From contig CAXWPH010000012.1 in NCBI GenBank assembly GCA_963666055.2, forward strand, positions 256,001-320,000: a DNA stretch of 64,000 nt, read 5' to 3'. The DNA is from Acidobacteriota bacterium (GTDB taxonomy: Bacteria > Acidobacteriota > UBA890 > WLXD01). Below are positions 10,173-19,545 of this stretch, one piece after another. The first letter of the stretch is position 1; every line of letters starts with the position of its first letter. Under the pieces are notes generated by a model that worked only from the letters and a program-made list of their open reading frames with translations, ran no database searches and was not told the DNA's origin. The translations under genes and the position numbers were made by a program.

Positions 10173-11728
10173 CCGATCACCGTCCTGGATTGTTCGCGCA
10201 TGTACTGGAGCACGTAGTAGGGGCCACCCGCCGCCTTGCCCATCGTCCCGGAACCCTTCCAGCCGCCGAACGGCTGGGCGCCCGGCCACGCGCCGGTGGT
10301 GGCTCCGGAGGAACGATTGATGTAAATGACGCCGGCCTCGATCTCGTTGCAGAAGCGGTCGATCTCGGCCTGATCTTCGCTGAACAAACCCGCCGTGAGC
10401 CCGTATTCGGTGTCGTTGGCAAGCCCGATCGCCTCGTCGAGCGAGTCCACCGCATCGACCGCCACGAACGGCACGAACAGCTCGCGCTTCCACAGCCAAG
10501 AGTCCCGCGGCACGTGTACCACCGTCGGCTGCACGTAGGTGCCGCGCGCAAAATCACCGTCAGTAATTACCTCCCCGCCGGCGATCACCTCTCCCGTCCG
10601 TCTGGCCTCATCGGCAGCCTCCTCAAACGTGTCGACAGCCGCCTGGTTGATCACCGGTCCAAGAAACACACCCTGTTCAAGCGGGTTGCCGACCACCAGG
10701 GCCTCGGTCTTCTCCTTGAGCTTGGCGACGAACTCGTCGTACAGCTCACGCTCGACGTACACCCGCGAGTTCGCCGAGCACTTCTGGCCCTGAAGGCCGA
10801 ATGCACTGCGCCATACGCCGTCGGTAGCCTTGTCGAGATCGGCATGCTTGGTGACGATCGTCGGGTTCTTGCCGCCCATCTCGCAGATAGCCGGCTTGGG
10901 GTAGTCCCTCGCAAACTCCCTGTAGATCTTCATCCCGACTTCATAGGAGCCAGTAAACGTCAGGCCCTTTACATCCGGGTGGGTGGCGATGCCATCGCCG
11001 ACCACCTCACCTGACCCTGACAGCAACTGGAACGCGCCAGGTGGCATGCCGGCCTCGCGATAGGCCTCGTAGAGCATGTGTCCGGTCGCCGCCCCCTGCG
11101 AGGCGGGCTTGAACACCACCGTATTCCCGGCTGCCAGCGCCGCCGACGACGGCCCAGCCGCCAGCGCCATCGGAAAGTTAAAGGGGCTGATGACCCCCCA
11201 GACGCCATAGGGGCGCATGATGTCGTAGTAGTCGCCGGCCTCGCCTAGCGGCTGCATCGGCACCCTGAAGCCCTCGGCTTGGATCATCGCGTGGGTATTC
11301 CAGCGAATGAGGTCGGCCGACTCCTGCACGTCGCCGACCGCCTCGAGTCGGCTCTTCCCCACTTCCATCGCCATCAGCGCCGACATCATGTAGCGCTGTT
11401 CCTCGATGATCTTGGCGGCCCGGTCGAGGATCTCGGCGCGCTTCTGGTATCCCAGTGCGTCCCAGGCCAGCGCATAGTCCTTGGCGGCGGCGATGGCATC
11501 GCTTACGTCCTGCGGGGTCGCCCTGGCGAACTCGCCGAGCACGATGTCGGAGTCGATCGGGGACACCTCGGTGTGCCAGCCATCACCCTCGCGAGCTTCG
11601 CCGTTCACGTAGAACGGATGTCGCTGGCCGAGCCACGCCTTGGCGTCCTCGATGCCGCGCTCGTAGTCGGCGTGCATGTTCGGGTCGGCTGCGAGCGTCG
11701 CGTAGGTAACGCGGAATCCTTCGGCCAT
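10169..11728 (-). CDS. Aldehyde dehydrogenase, P5C-dehydrogenase (RocA/PruA)-like
   Basis: SPFNFP, FTGS, CEMGGKN (Glu), GQKCSA (Cys), TTGAWPGAQPFGGWKGSG. Confidence 0.92.
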   Translation of the reverse strand: MAEGFRVTYATLAADPNMHADYERGIEDAKAWLGQRHPFYVNGEAREGDGWHTEVSPIDSDIVLGEFARATPQDVSDAIAAAKDYALAWDALGYQKRAEILDRAAKIIEEQRYMMSALMAMEVGKSRLEAVGDVQESADLIRWNTHAMIQAEGFRVPMQPLGEAGDYYDIMRPYGVWGVISPFNFPMALAAGPSSAALAAGNTVVFKPASQGAATGHMLYEAYREAGMPPGAFQLLSGSGEVVGDGIATHPDVKGLTFTGSYEVGMKIYREFARDYPKPAICEMGGKNPTIVTKHADLDKATDGVWRSAFGLQGQKCSANSRVYVERELYDEFVAKLKEKTEALVVGNPLEQGVFLGPVINQAAVDTFEEAADEARRTGEVIAGGEVITDGDFARGTYVQPTVVHVPRDSWLWKRELFVPFVAVDAVDSLDEAIGLANDTEYGLTAGLFSEDQAEIDRFCNEIEAGVIYINRSSGATTGAWPGAQPFGGWKGSGTMGKAAGGPYYVLQYMREQSRTVIG

Positions 11729-12041
11729 CGAGGTCGCCTCTTGGTGGATCGCTATGGCGGATCGTCTCGTCCCGTCGCGTGATCGATCTCAGGCGGACAT
11801 CGTATTCCTGTCGCCAAGTCGCCGCATCCCGCTCGGCGCGGAGAATCGGTCAGCGGTTGCCCAAGCTCGCGGTGCGATGGGATGATAGATAAGTGGCCTC
11901 CACCTTTGCCGACGTCGTGACGGCGGCACGTGGACTCATATGGCGGCTAGGCTCATATCTCGACCCGCTCGCCGGTGACCTGCATGTGGTTCAACCTGAA
12001 CGTCCTTCACCAGCCCGACGTCGACGCCTGATGACGTGACC

Positions 12042-12061
12042 GCGCCCCCCTAGGGGGGCGC
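12042..12061. promoter_or_regulatory. Perfect 20-bp palindrome in the divergent intergenic region (possible operator or hairpin)
   Basis: GCGCCCCCC-TA-GGGGGGCGC, ~45 bp upstream of the kamA start; function is inferred. Confidence 0.35.
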
Positions 12062-12105
12062 CTGTTAGTCCCATCGGCCCCCAAGGTGAAGCAAGGATCC
12101 CAAGC

Positions 12106-13506
12106 ATGTCGTCCAGCACCCTGAAGACCACTGCAGTAGAAGGCGGCGACACCGCGCATCTCAAGGAACCCGTCGATGCGGCGGCGCTCGGCCATCGCGA
12201 TCTGGTTCGCGGCGAGTTCTGGCGCGATGTCCCGGCATACAGCGACGTCTCGGAGCCCCAGTTCCTCGACCACCTATGGCAGGCAAGGAACTCGATCACG
12301 ACCCCGAAGAAACTGCTGGCGGCGCTCAGCGGGCTGGTGAGCGACACGTTCATCGAGGACGTACGCAACGGCTTCGAGCGCTCGCCAATGAGCGTGCGGG
12401 TTTCTCCCTACCTTCTCAGCCTGATCAACTGGGAGGACCCTTACGAGGACCCGCTGCGCATCCAGTTCATCCCGGTCGGATCGCGGTTGTTGCCCGACCA
12501 TCCGAAGCTCGAGCTGGACTCGCTGCACGAGCAGGCCGATGCGCCGGTGCCCGGCCTGACGCACCGATACCCCGACAAGGCACTGTTTCTCGCTCTCGAT
12601 ACCTGTCCGGTGTACTGCCGATTCTGCACCCGAAGCTACGCGGTGGGCATCGACACCGAGGAAGTCGAGAAGGTCCAGCTCAAAGTCAACGCCGAGCGCT
12701 GGGATCTGATGTTCGAGTACGTGCGATCGCGACCTGAGCTCGAGGACATCGTCATCTCCGGTGGCGATGCCTACAACCTGCGTGCCGAGCAGATCCGCAC
12801 CATCGGCATAACGCTGCTGGAGATCGATCATACCCGCCGCATGCGATTCGCCACCAAAGGGCCGGCGGTGATGCCGCAGAAGCTGCTCACCGACCACGCC
12901 TGGGTCGCGGCGCTCACCGATGTGCACGAACGAGGGCGACAGCTAGGTAAGGAGGTGGTACTCCACACGCATTTCAACACCGGGCGCGAGATCACCGGCA
13001 TCACCCACGATGCGATGAACGTGCTGTTCGAGCGCGGCATGACGTCGCGCAACCAGAGCGTCATGCAGCGCGGGGTGAACGACAAGGTCACCACCATGCA
13101 GCGGCTGGTCAAACGGCTCAGCTACATCAACGTGCACCCCTACTACGTGTACATGCACGATCTGGTGAAGGGCGTCGAGGACCTACGCACCACCGTCGTC
13201 ACCGGCATCGCCGTGGAGAAGCACGTGCGTGGCGTGACGGCGGGATTCAACACCCCCACCGTGGTCGTCGACGCGCCCGGCGGCGGCGGTAAACGCGACA
13301 TCCACTCGTACGAGCACTACGACCCGGACACCGGCATCAGCGTCTACACGGCGCCGTCGGTCAAGCATGGGTACTTCCTGTATTTCGACCCCATCCCCAT
13401 GCTCCCCGTCGAGAGCCAGCGGCGCTGGTCTGACCCCGTCCAGCAGCGTCGGATGATCCGCGACGCCCTCGACGCGGCGAGCGCCAACCGGGGACAACAT
13501 GCGTAG
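12106..13506 (+). CDS. kamA: KamA-family radical SAM/PLP aminomutase (lysine 2,3-aminomutase-like)
   Basis: HRYPDK, CPVYCRFCTR (CxxxCxxC), SGGD, HTHFN, NQSV, YMHD, VVDAPGGGGK (PLP Lys). Confidence 0.9.
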   Translation: MSSSTLKTTAVEGGDTAHLKEPVDAAALGHRDLVRGEFWRDVPAYSDVSEPQFLDHLWQARNSITTPKKLLAALSGLVSDTFIEDVRNGFERSPMSVRVSPYLLSLINWEDPYEDPLRIQFIPVGSRLLPDHPKLELDSLHEQADAPVPGLTHRYPDKALFLALDTCPVYCRFCTRSYAVGIDTEEVEKVQLKVNAERWDLMFEYVRSRPELEDIVISGGDAYNLRAEQIRTIGITLLEIDHTRRMRFATKGPAVMPQKLLTDHAWVAALTDVHERGRQLGKEVVLHTHFNTGREITGITHDAMNVLFERGMTSRNQSVMQRGVNDKVTTMQRLVKRLSYINVHPYYVYMHDLVKGVEDLRTTVVTGIAVEKHVRGVTAGFNTPTVVVDAPGGGGKRDIHSYEHYDPDTGISVYTAPSVKHGYFLYFDPIPMLPVESQRRWSDPVQQRRMIRDALDAASANRGQHA

Positions 13507-14620
13507 GTCGGCGGACCAGCGCGGCCGCCTGCTGATGGCTGGTCTGTTGTCTTGTCTGGCGCTCGCCTGTGGTCCTACCCCCGTGGTCGAGACGCCGGCG
13601 TTGGAACCGTCGGCGCAGGTCGATGCCTTGTTCGCCCACTACACCGAGGGCATTCAGCCGGGCGCTGCGGTCATGGTCATCCGCGACGCAGAGGTAGTGC
13701 ACAGCGCAGGCTATGGCTATGCGGAGATCGGGCACAGGGTGCACATCGGCACCGACTCGACGTTCCGACTCGGTTCCTTCTCCAAGCAATTCACCGCCAT
13801 GGCGATCATGCTGCTGGCCGAGAGCGGTGACTTGGACTACGACGATCCGATCGCCCGTTACCTGCCCGAGCTGGCCCGCTACGGCGAGAACATCACGATT
13901 CGACACCTCCTGCACCACCAAGGCGGCCTGCCGGGGTACTACAGCGACATCGACACTTCGGCTGGGATGCCCTCCAACGCAGACGCGCTAGCTCAGCTAG
14001 CGAGCAAGGGCGAGCCGGTGTTCCCGCCGGGGGAGCGCTACGAGTACAGCAACCCCGGATACGACATGCTGGCCGTGGTGGTCGAGGCAGCTTCGGGGAT
14101 GAGTTTCGCCGACTTCATGCGTGAGCGTATCTTCGCTCCGCTGGGAATGGACGACTCCCTGATTCACGATCACACTGGCCCGCACATCGCCCGTCGCGTC
14201 GTCGGTTACGACCCGGACGGCGATGGGTACGTGGAGAACGACCAGCACCCACTCAACGGCATCGTCGGCTCGGGCAGCATGTTCTCCACCCTCGAGGACC
14301 TCTACAAATGGGACCAGGCACTCTACACAGGGGTGCTGGTGAGCAGCGCAACCCTGCGGGAAGCGTTCACGCCCGCGAAACTCAACAACGGAGAGGGCAC
14401 CGGCTACGGCTTCGGCTTCACGATCGGCGAGTACCGTGGCCACCAGCGCATCGCGCACGGTGGCAGCTGGGTGGGCTTCCGGACGCACATCGCACGACAT
14501 CCGGAGATCGGGCTGACGGTGATCCTGCTTTCGAACCGCGGCGACTTCGACAGCAGCGACTACGTCGACCCGGTGATCGATGCCTATCTGGGCGCTTACT
14601 CGACTCCGTCGGCCGAGTAG
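13499..14620 (+). CDS. Serine hydrolase, beta-lactamase class C/AmpC family; probable lipoprotein
   Basis: Lipobox LALAC, SxxK in GSFSKQF, YSN, HGGSWVGF. Confidence 0.9.
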   Translation: MRRSADQRGRLLMAGLLSCLALACGPTPVVETPALEPSAQVDALFAHYTEGIQPGAAVMVIRDAEVVHSAGYGYAEIGHRVHIGTDSTFRLGSFSKQFTAMAIMLLAESGDLDYDDPIARYLPELARYGENITIRHLLHHQGGLPGYYSDIDTSAGMPSNADALAQLASKGEPVFPPGERYEYSNPGYDMLAVVVEAASGMSFADFMRERIFAPLGMDDSLIHDHTGPHIARRVVGYDPDGDGYVENDQHPLNGIVGSGSMFSTLEDLYKWDQALYTGVLVSSATLREAFTPAKLNNGEGTGYGFGFTIGEYRGHQRIAHGGSWVGFRTHIARHPEIGLTVILLSNRGDFDSSDYVDPVIDAYLGAYSTPSAE

Positions 14621-15051
14621 ATCACGTAGATCTTGCTATAGCCCATTGTGTCCCAGGTGCCCTTCCATTCCTTCGGAATGGTCGCCGCTTCGCCGGCCTC
14701 GATCACCTGTACCGTGCCGTCCTCCGAGGTCAGCGTGACGCTGCCCTCGGTGAAGTACATGAACTCGTCGACACCATACGGCTGGTCGTCGTAGGTCCAG
14801 TGTCCCTCGGTGGCGCGATACATGCCGCTGACAAACTTCTTGTCGCTGCTCCGGTGCGTGATGAAATCGTGCGTCGTGCGATCGTTGCGCGTAGTCACCA
14901 CGATCTCCGGGTGATCGAAGATGGCCCCGGCGATCTCCGCCGCGGTCAACTCTGCCGGCCTGACAACATCCTCGCCGGCGACCGCCGTCGCCGCCAGCGC
15001 GCCGACGATCATCAATCCGATTGCCGCAATGCCGTATAGCGCTTGCTTCAT
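14596..15051 (-). CDS. Secreted cupin (DUF861/EutQ-like)
   Basis: Signal peptide; G.Y.ATEG, DEFMYFTEGSVTL, IPKEWKGTW. Confidence 0.85.
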   Translation of the reverse strand: MKQALYGIAAIGLMIVGALAATAVAGEDVVRPAELTAAEIAGAIFDHPEIVVTTRNDRTTHDFITHRSSDKKFVSGMYRATEGHWTYDDQPYGVDEFMYFTEGSVTLTSEDGTVQVIEAGEAATIPKEWKGTWDTMGYSKIYVIYSADGVE

Positions 15052-15105
15052 GGTTCCTGCTCCTTGGTTTCTGACCTGGTCGTTACGCGAGCGACCCCGA
15101 ACTGC

Positions 15106-17580
15106 CTAGCTTCCCGGCGTCAGCTCGATTCGCATCGCCGTCGCCGCCTCGATCTTATCCCGAGAATAGAAGACTGGATGGAACCGATCGTTCGCCCAGT
15201 CCTCGAAGAGGTTGCGGTAGAAGGGTGAGTCGGGATCGCCACTCTGCCCGGGCGTGTTCATCCCGACGCCACGATCCCAGTCGCCGGTATCGATGATGAT
15301 CCGGAACGACGCCCCCGACGTCTGGTTGTCGGCACCACTGGTTTGGTTGACGGTGTAGCTATAGCCACCCCGCGGGTGCGGGCCGACCTCGAGCCGGGCC
15401 CGCATTGGCTCGCTCACCGCTGCCCCCAACGGATGGCGCAGGGTGACGTGCTTGTAGTCGGGCTGGCCGTAGACCCAGTTGGCAGGGTCGGGGCCGAGTT
15501 TCTGAGTCAACGCGTCGACCGTCGACTCCAGAGCATCCAGGAGGATCTCGTCGCGGGCACGTAGGGGGTCGGCTCCGAGCGTACCGGGGGGGACCATGAT
15601 GGTGTCGATCGTCTTCTTCAACGACAGGGTCATTCGAGCTGCCGGCGGCACTAGAGCGGCGTTGACGCTGCGGCGCAACTGCGCTTCCCAGGCCACGTAC
15701 AGCCCCGCGGCGGTCGACCGCTTGTCGACCACGTAGTCCCATTCGAGCAGAAGCTGCCGGGCCCACTCGATGCGATCGTCGCCGGCCTCGATCTCCTCGA
15801 GCAGCGGCACCAGTTGCCGCGCCGGGATCGACAGCTCGTCGGTCTGCAGACGCATCATGTCGGCGATCGAGAAGCGTGTGCCGCTGCCGAGCACCTCGAC
15901 CAACCGCAGCCAGCGATACGGGTCCGACCAGCTGAAGCCGATCGCGTCCATGTACTCGTAGTCGCGTGGCACCAGGTCGTTGTTGGCGGTGGCGAAGTAG
16001 CCCTCGGGTGGGTTCACGACATGCGGCTTGGCCTTGATCGGCAGGTAGCCGTCCCATTCATAGCGGCCATCACCGGGGACCGGTACCAGACCGCTCCAGT
16101 TGCGACGGATAGGAGCGATTCCCACGGCTTGCCAGCCGATGGTCCCGTCACGCCCTGCCCAGACCATGTTCTCGCCTGGGATGTTGGAGTAGTTGCTCGC
16201 CTCGACGAACTCCTCCCAGGTCGTTGCCTGGTCCATGCGCAGCGAGCCCAGGTACGGCGACCCGCCGATCTCCATCCAGCCGGCGCGCACTGCGTACGCC
16301 AGATTGCGGCCGCGATCCTCGAAGACCACCGGGCCGTGGCGCGTGTACTTGAGCTCGGCGCGGTGCGCGCCTTGTCCCTTCACCGGAATCTCCTCGTCCA
16401 GCACCGTCATCGGCTGCCATTCGCCGCGGTAGCGGTACTCGTTGCCGTTGGCCGGGTTGGTCTCGTAGACGTAGAGATCCTCGGCGTCGGTCGAGAACAC
16501 CGTCAGTCCCCAGGCGCCGTGGGCGTTGTGCCCGATCGAAATGCCCGGCAGGCTCGGCTCGCCGCCGCCGATGACGTCCCAGCCGGGCCCCACGAGGTGC
16601 ACCCAGTAGCGCAACGACGGAGCTGCCTGCACGCGGTGTGGGTCGTTCGCCATGATCGGATAGCCGCTCTCGGAGCGGGAGCCGCTGACCACCCAGTTGT
16701 TGGAGCCGATGTCCAGCTCCGGGTCGGAGCCTAGCGCCGCGGAGGAGGCTTCCGCGGCGCGCTCGAGCCGGGCGAAAGACTCGGCATCGCCGCGATGCCT
16801 GGCGATGATGTCCTCGGGCCCGAAGCGTACGCGGCCACGGAAGGCGTTGTAGATACCGAGGATGTCGTCAGAGAGCGCCCCGCCATCGATCGCCGGGTCG
16901 AGCTCGAGCAGAGGGTCACCAGGCCCGTAGGTGCCGAGATCCTTCACTTTCGCCGCGCCCAGCTCGGCAACCAGCCGACCCGTGCGTAGCTCCGCACCAA
17001 TGTTGCCGAGAAGCCCCTGATGCCGTGAGATAACGATCTCCGGCGTCCAGGTGCCGGGGGTGATGCCGAGCAACTCGAACTCGATCGGCAACAGGCTCGG
17101 GTCCCGCCGGGTTTGCTCGACATAGGCGTTGATACCGTCCACGTAGGCACCGATGATCGCCACCCCGTTGCGGTGATAGTGGCTCAGCTCCTGCTCCAGG
17201 TTGCGCCGGAACTTGAACAGCCGCGCTCCCCGATCGCGCTCGATCTCACGCGGCCCGAGGATCTCTGCCACCGTCCCCGTCGCCTGACGGCGCCAGAGCT
17301 CGAGCTGAAACAGCCGATCACGCGCGGCGTTCCAGCCCTGCGCGAAGAACAGGTCGTGCTCGGTGTCAGCATAGATATGGCTGATACCCCACCGGTCGAC
17401 GAGGATCTCGACTGACTGGTCGAGGCCGGTGATCTCGAATCGGGTAGATTCCTGTGCGAGAAGTCCGGATGCCGGGATCGTCAGACCCAGCAGCAACCCG
17501 AAGGCGATCCCGGCGCGACAGGCGACTATCCGAAGCATCGAGCCAAGGGCGCAACTGAAAGGCGCGCGACTGACGGTCAT
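15106..17580 (-). CDS. Penicillin acylase family Ntn-hydrolase
   Basis: DRWGISHIYA, ARDRLFQ, nucleophile GSNNWVVSG, ANDPH, PGQSG; GGAGG RBS before ATG 17580. Confidence 0.93.
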   Translation of the reverse strand: MTVSRAPFSCALGSMLRIVACRAGIAFGLLLGLTIPASGLLAQESTRFEITGLDQSVEILVDRWGISHIYADTEHDLFFAQGWNAARDRLFQLELWRRQATGTVAEILGPREIERDRGARLFKFRRNLEQELSHYHRNGVAIIGAYVDGINAYVEQTRRDPSLLPIEFELLGITPGTWTPEIVISRHQGLLGNIGAELRTGRLVAELGAAKVKDLGTYGPGDPLLELDPAIDGGALSDDILGIYNAFRGRVRFGPEDIIARHRGDAESFARLERAAEASSAALGSDPELDIGSNNWVVSGSRSESGYPIMANDPHRVQAAPSLRYWVHLVGPGWDVIGGGEPSLPGISIGHNAHGAWGLTVFSTDAEDLYVYETNPANGNEYRYRGEWQPMTVLDEEIPVKGQGAHRAELKYTRHGPVVFEDRGRNLAYAVRAGWMEIGGSPYLGSLRMDQATTWEEFVEASNYSNIPGENMVWAGRDGTIGWQAVGIAPIRRNWSGLVPVPGDGRYEWDGYLPIKAKPHVVNPPEGYFATANNDLVPRDYEYMDAIGFSWSDPYRWLRLVEVLGSGTRFSIADMMRLQTDELSIPARQLVPLLEEIEAGDDRIEWARQLLLEWDYVVDKRSTAAGLYVAWEAQLRRSVNAALVPPAARMTLSLKKTIDTIMVPPGTLGADPLRARDEILLDALESTVDALTQKLGPDPANWVYGQPDYKHVTLRHPLGAAVSEPMRARLEVGPHPRGGYSYTVNQTSGADNQTSGASFRIIIDTGDWDRGVGMNTPGQSGDPDSPFYRNLFEDWANDRFHPVFYSRDKIEAATAMRIELTPGS

Positions 17581-17735
17581 GGGTCCTCCCGGATCTGGCA
17601 AGTCGATCGGCACGCGCGTCGAGCGCGACCGGCGGCAGCGTACTCAACTGGTAGCTACCTCACAAGATGCGCGGGCGGACAAGAGCGGCCAGGAGCGGCC
17701 AAGTCCGGCCAGTGCAGAGCCCAGTGTTCCTTCAG

Positions 17736-18716
17736 TCAGCCAGGCAACTCGCCGTCGAGCTCCATATACACACGCCGCACGGCGCGCCCACCCTGCAACG
17801 ACCGATCGACCCAGCCCTCCAGATCGCCGAAGCTCGCTTGTTCCACCGCCTCGTCCGCGGTGATGCCGGCGCCGTGAAGGCGCCTGACCTCAGCGATTAT
17901 CTGCTCCACGGCGTGGCGGTGGATGGTCAGCTGCGCGCCACCCAGAATCTCCGCTGAACCGACCACCGCATGGCCGGGGACATACATGTCGACGTCCATC
18001 ACCTCGGCCCGCTCGATCATGGCCACCCATTCCGTCGGGTAGGCAGTGCCCATCGCCGGGAACATATCGCTGAAAAAGGTCTCGCCCATGAAGAGGACCT
18101 CCTCCGCCGGCAGGTAGACAACCAGGTCGCCGCCGGTGTGGGCGCGACCCAGAAACAAGATCTGGATCTCCTTGCCGCCGAGCTGCAAAACCAGCCGCTC
18201 GTCGACCAGTGCGCTGGGCATGATGATCGGGGGCGCGTCGGCGGGTTGATCTGGCTGGTTGGCTCTCGCCTCCAGCGTCGCCGCAGACGTCGGATGGGCG
18301 TAGAAGACGGCTTCTGCCGGAAACGCCACGTTGCCTCGCGTATGGTCGCCGTGGTCCGAGCAGATCACCACGTGTGTAATGGGCTCGTCGGTAATCTTGG
18401 CGATCTCGTCGATCAGCCGCTGCGTGTCCGCAGGGCTCCCCTGCCCGTCGGCGACCAGCACACCGCCCGAGGTAACCACGAACATGCTGACCGTGGTGAC
18501 CACCTCGTCGGGACCGGCGAGCTGCTCGTACAGATACACGCCGTCGGCCATCTCGTGTACGCGAGAGAACGCTCCGTCCGCCATTCCCGGCAACGATCTG
18601 CTTGCCGGACCGGCAGTCTCGTCGACACGGGGTTCGGGCGAATCCGGTGGCGACGACGTGCACGCCACACCAACCAGCAAAGCAACCGCCAGCGCGCTCA
18701 GCATGCGTCTCGTCAT
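17736..18716 (-). CDS. Metallo-beta-lactamase-fold lipoprotein (cyclase-like)
   Basis: Lipobox VGVAC; variant metal motif SDHGDH; AHTGGD; VPGH. Confidence 0.85.
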   Translation of the reverse strand: MTRRMLSALAVALLVGVACTSSPPDSPEPRVDETAGPASRSLPGMADGAFSRVHEMADGVYLYEQLAGPDEVVTTVSMFVVTSGGVLVADGQGSPADTQRLIDEIAKITDEPITHVVICSDHGDHTRGNVAFPAEAVFYAHPTSAATLEARANQPDQPADAPPIIMPSALVDERLVLQLGGKEIQILFLGRAHTGGDLVVYLPAEEVLFMGETFFSDMFPAMGTAYPTEWVAMIERAEVMDVDMYVPGHAVVGSAEILGGAQLTIHRHAVEQIIAEVRRLHGAGITADEAVEQASFGDLEGWVDRSLQGGRAVRRVYMELDGELPG

Positions 18717-18903
18717 CGTGGCCTCCCGGTACCCTGCGTGCCGCCGCGCTCGGCGGTACGTGTTCCTGACGTCGCTCGCGTGCGAACGGTATCATCGCGT
18801 GACGATGCGTCGAGCGATCTCTTTCCGTCGAACCGAGCCAGCCGCGCAAGGTGCGCCAATCCGATGGCGCCAGCCTACGACGCCCCTCGACCAACGTGTG
18901 CCG

Positions 18904-19545
18904 GTGCACGGATCAGTGAGGATTGCGGCCCTGCTGGCCGCGGCCCTGCTGCTGACTCAGCCGGGATCCGCAGCGGCCAAAGCGCAGGCAGCGGAGCCGG
19001 CGGCAGCGTGCGTGCCGGTAGACGGCACACCAACAGACGGCGCGGCAGCACAAGACGGCCGGCAGAAGGAATGGCCAGTGCACTTCGGTTTTGGACACGC
19101 TCCCAGTGCCGAGGAGATCGCTGCCTGGGACATCGATGTACGGCCGGACGGCACCGGATTGCCAACCGGCGGCGGCACCGTCGCATCGGGCGCTGCCGTC
19201 TATGCAGCGACTTGCAGCGTCTGCCACGGGGCCACCGGCGTCGAGGGTCCTTACAACATCCTCGTGGGCCGGCAGCCCGGCGACGCCTTCCCGTTTGCGG
19301 ACGATCCGACCCAACCGAAGACGATCGGCAGCTACTGGCCGTATGCGACCACGTTGTTCGACTACATTCGCCGCGCCATGCCACCGGAGACTCCTGGCGC
19401 ACTGAGCAACGATGAGGTCTACGGGCTCACCGCGTACCTACTGCATCTCAACGAGATCGTTCCCGAGGAAATCCAGCTGAACCGCGAGTCACTGCCGCAG
19501 GTGGTCATGCCGGCCGTCGATCGTTTCCGGGTCCATGAACGATAA
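18904..19545 (+). CDS. Monoheme cytochrome c, SoxD-like (start approximate)
   Basis: WDIDVRPDGTGLP, CSVCHG, TIGSYWPYATTLFDYIRRAMP; signal peptide after the GTG. Confidence 0.88.
   Translation: MHGSVRIAALLAAALLLTQPGSAAAKAQAAEPAAACVPVDGTPTDGAAAQDGRQKEWPVHFGFGHAPSAEEIAAWDIDVRPDGTGLPTGGGTVASGAAVYAATCSVCHGATGVEGPYNILVGRQPGDAFPFADDPTQPKTIGSYWPYATTLFDYIRRAMPPETPGALSNDEVYGLTAYLLHLNEIVPEEIQLNRESLPQVVMPAVDRFRVHER

Noticed and set aside
10173-10499. N-terminal extension of the omega-aminotransferase ORF
   Set aside because: It overlaps the ALDH gene in another frame; the real start is the ATGA-coupled ATG at 10172.
12106-13506. KamA homologue as EpmB (EF-P modification) or AblA (osmolyte synthesis)
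   Set aside because: No efp, epmA or ablB acetyltransferase gene is nearby and the context is catabolic. These roles are not excluded genome-wide.
13499-18716. Beta-lactamase, penicillin acylase and MBL as an antibiotic resistance island
   Set aside because: All are broad hydrolase families lacking resistance-specific signatures, and no integron or transposase is present.
18331-18903. Long N-terminal extension of the cytochrome c ORF
   Set aside because: Its first part is antisense to the MBL gene, and the signal peptide begins near 18904-18916.
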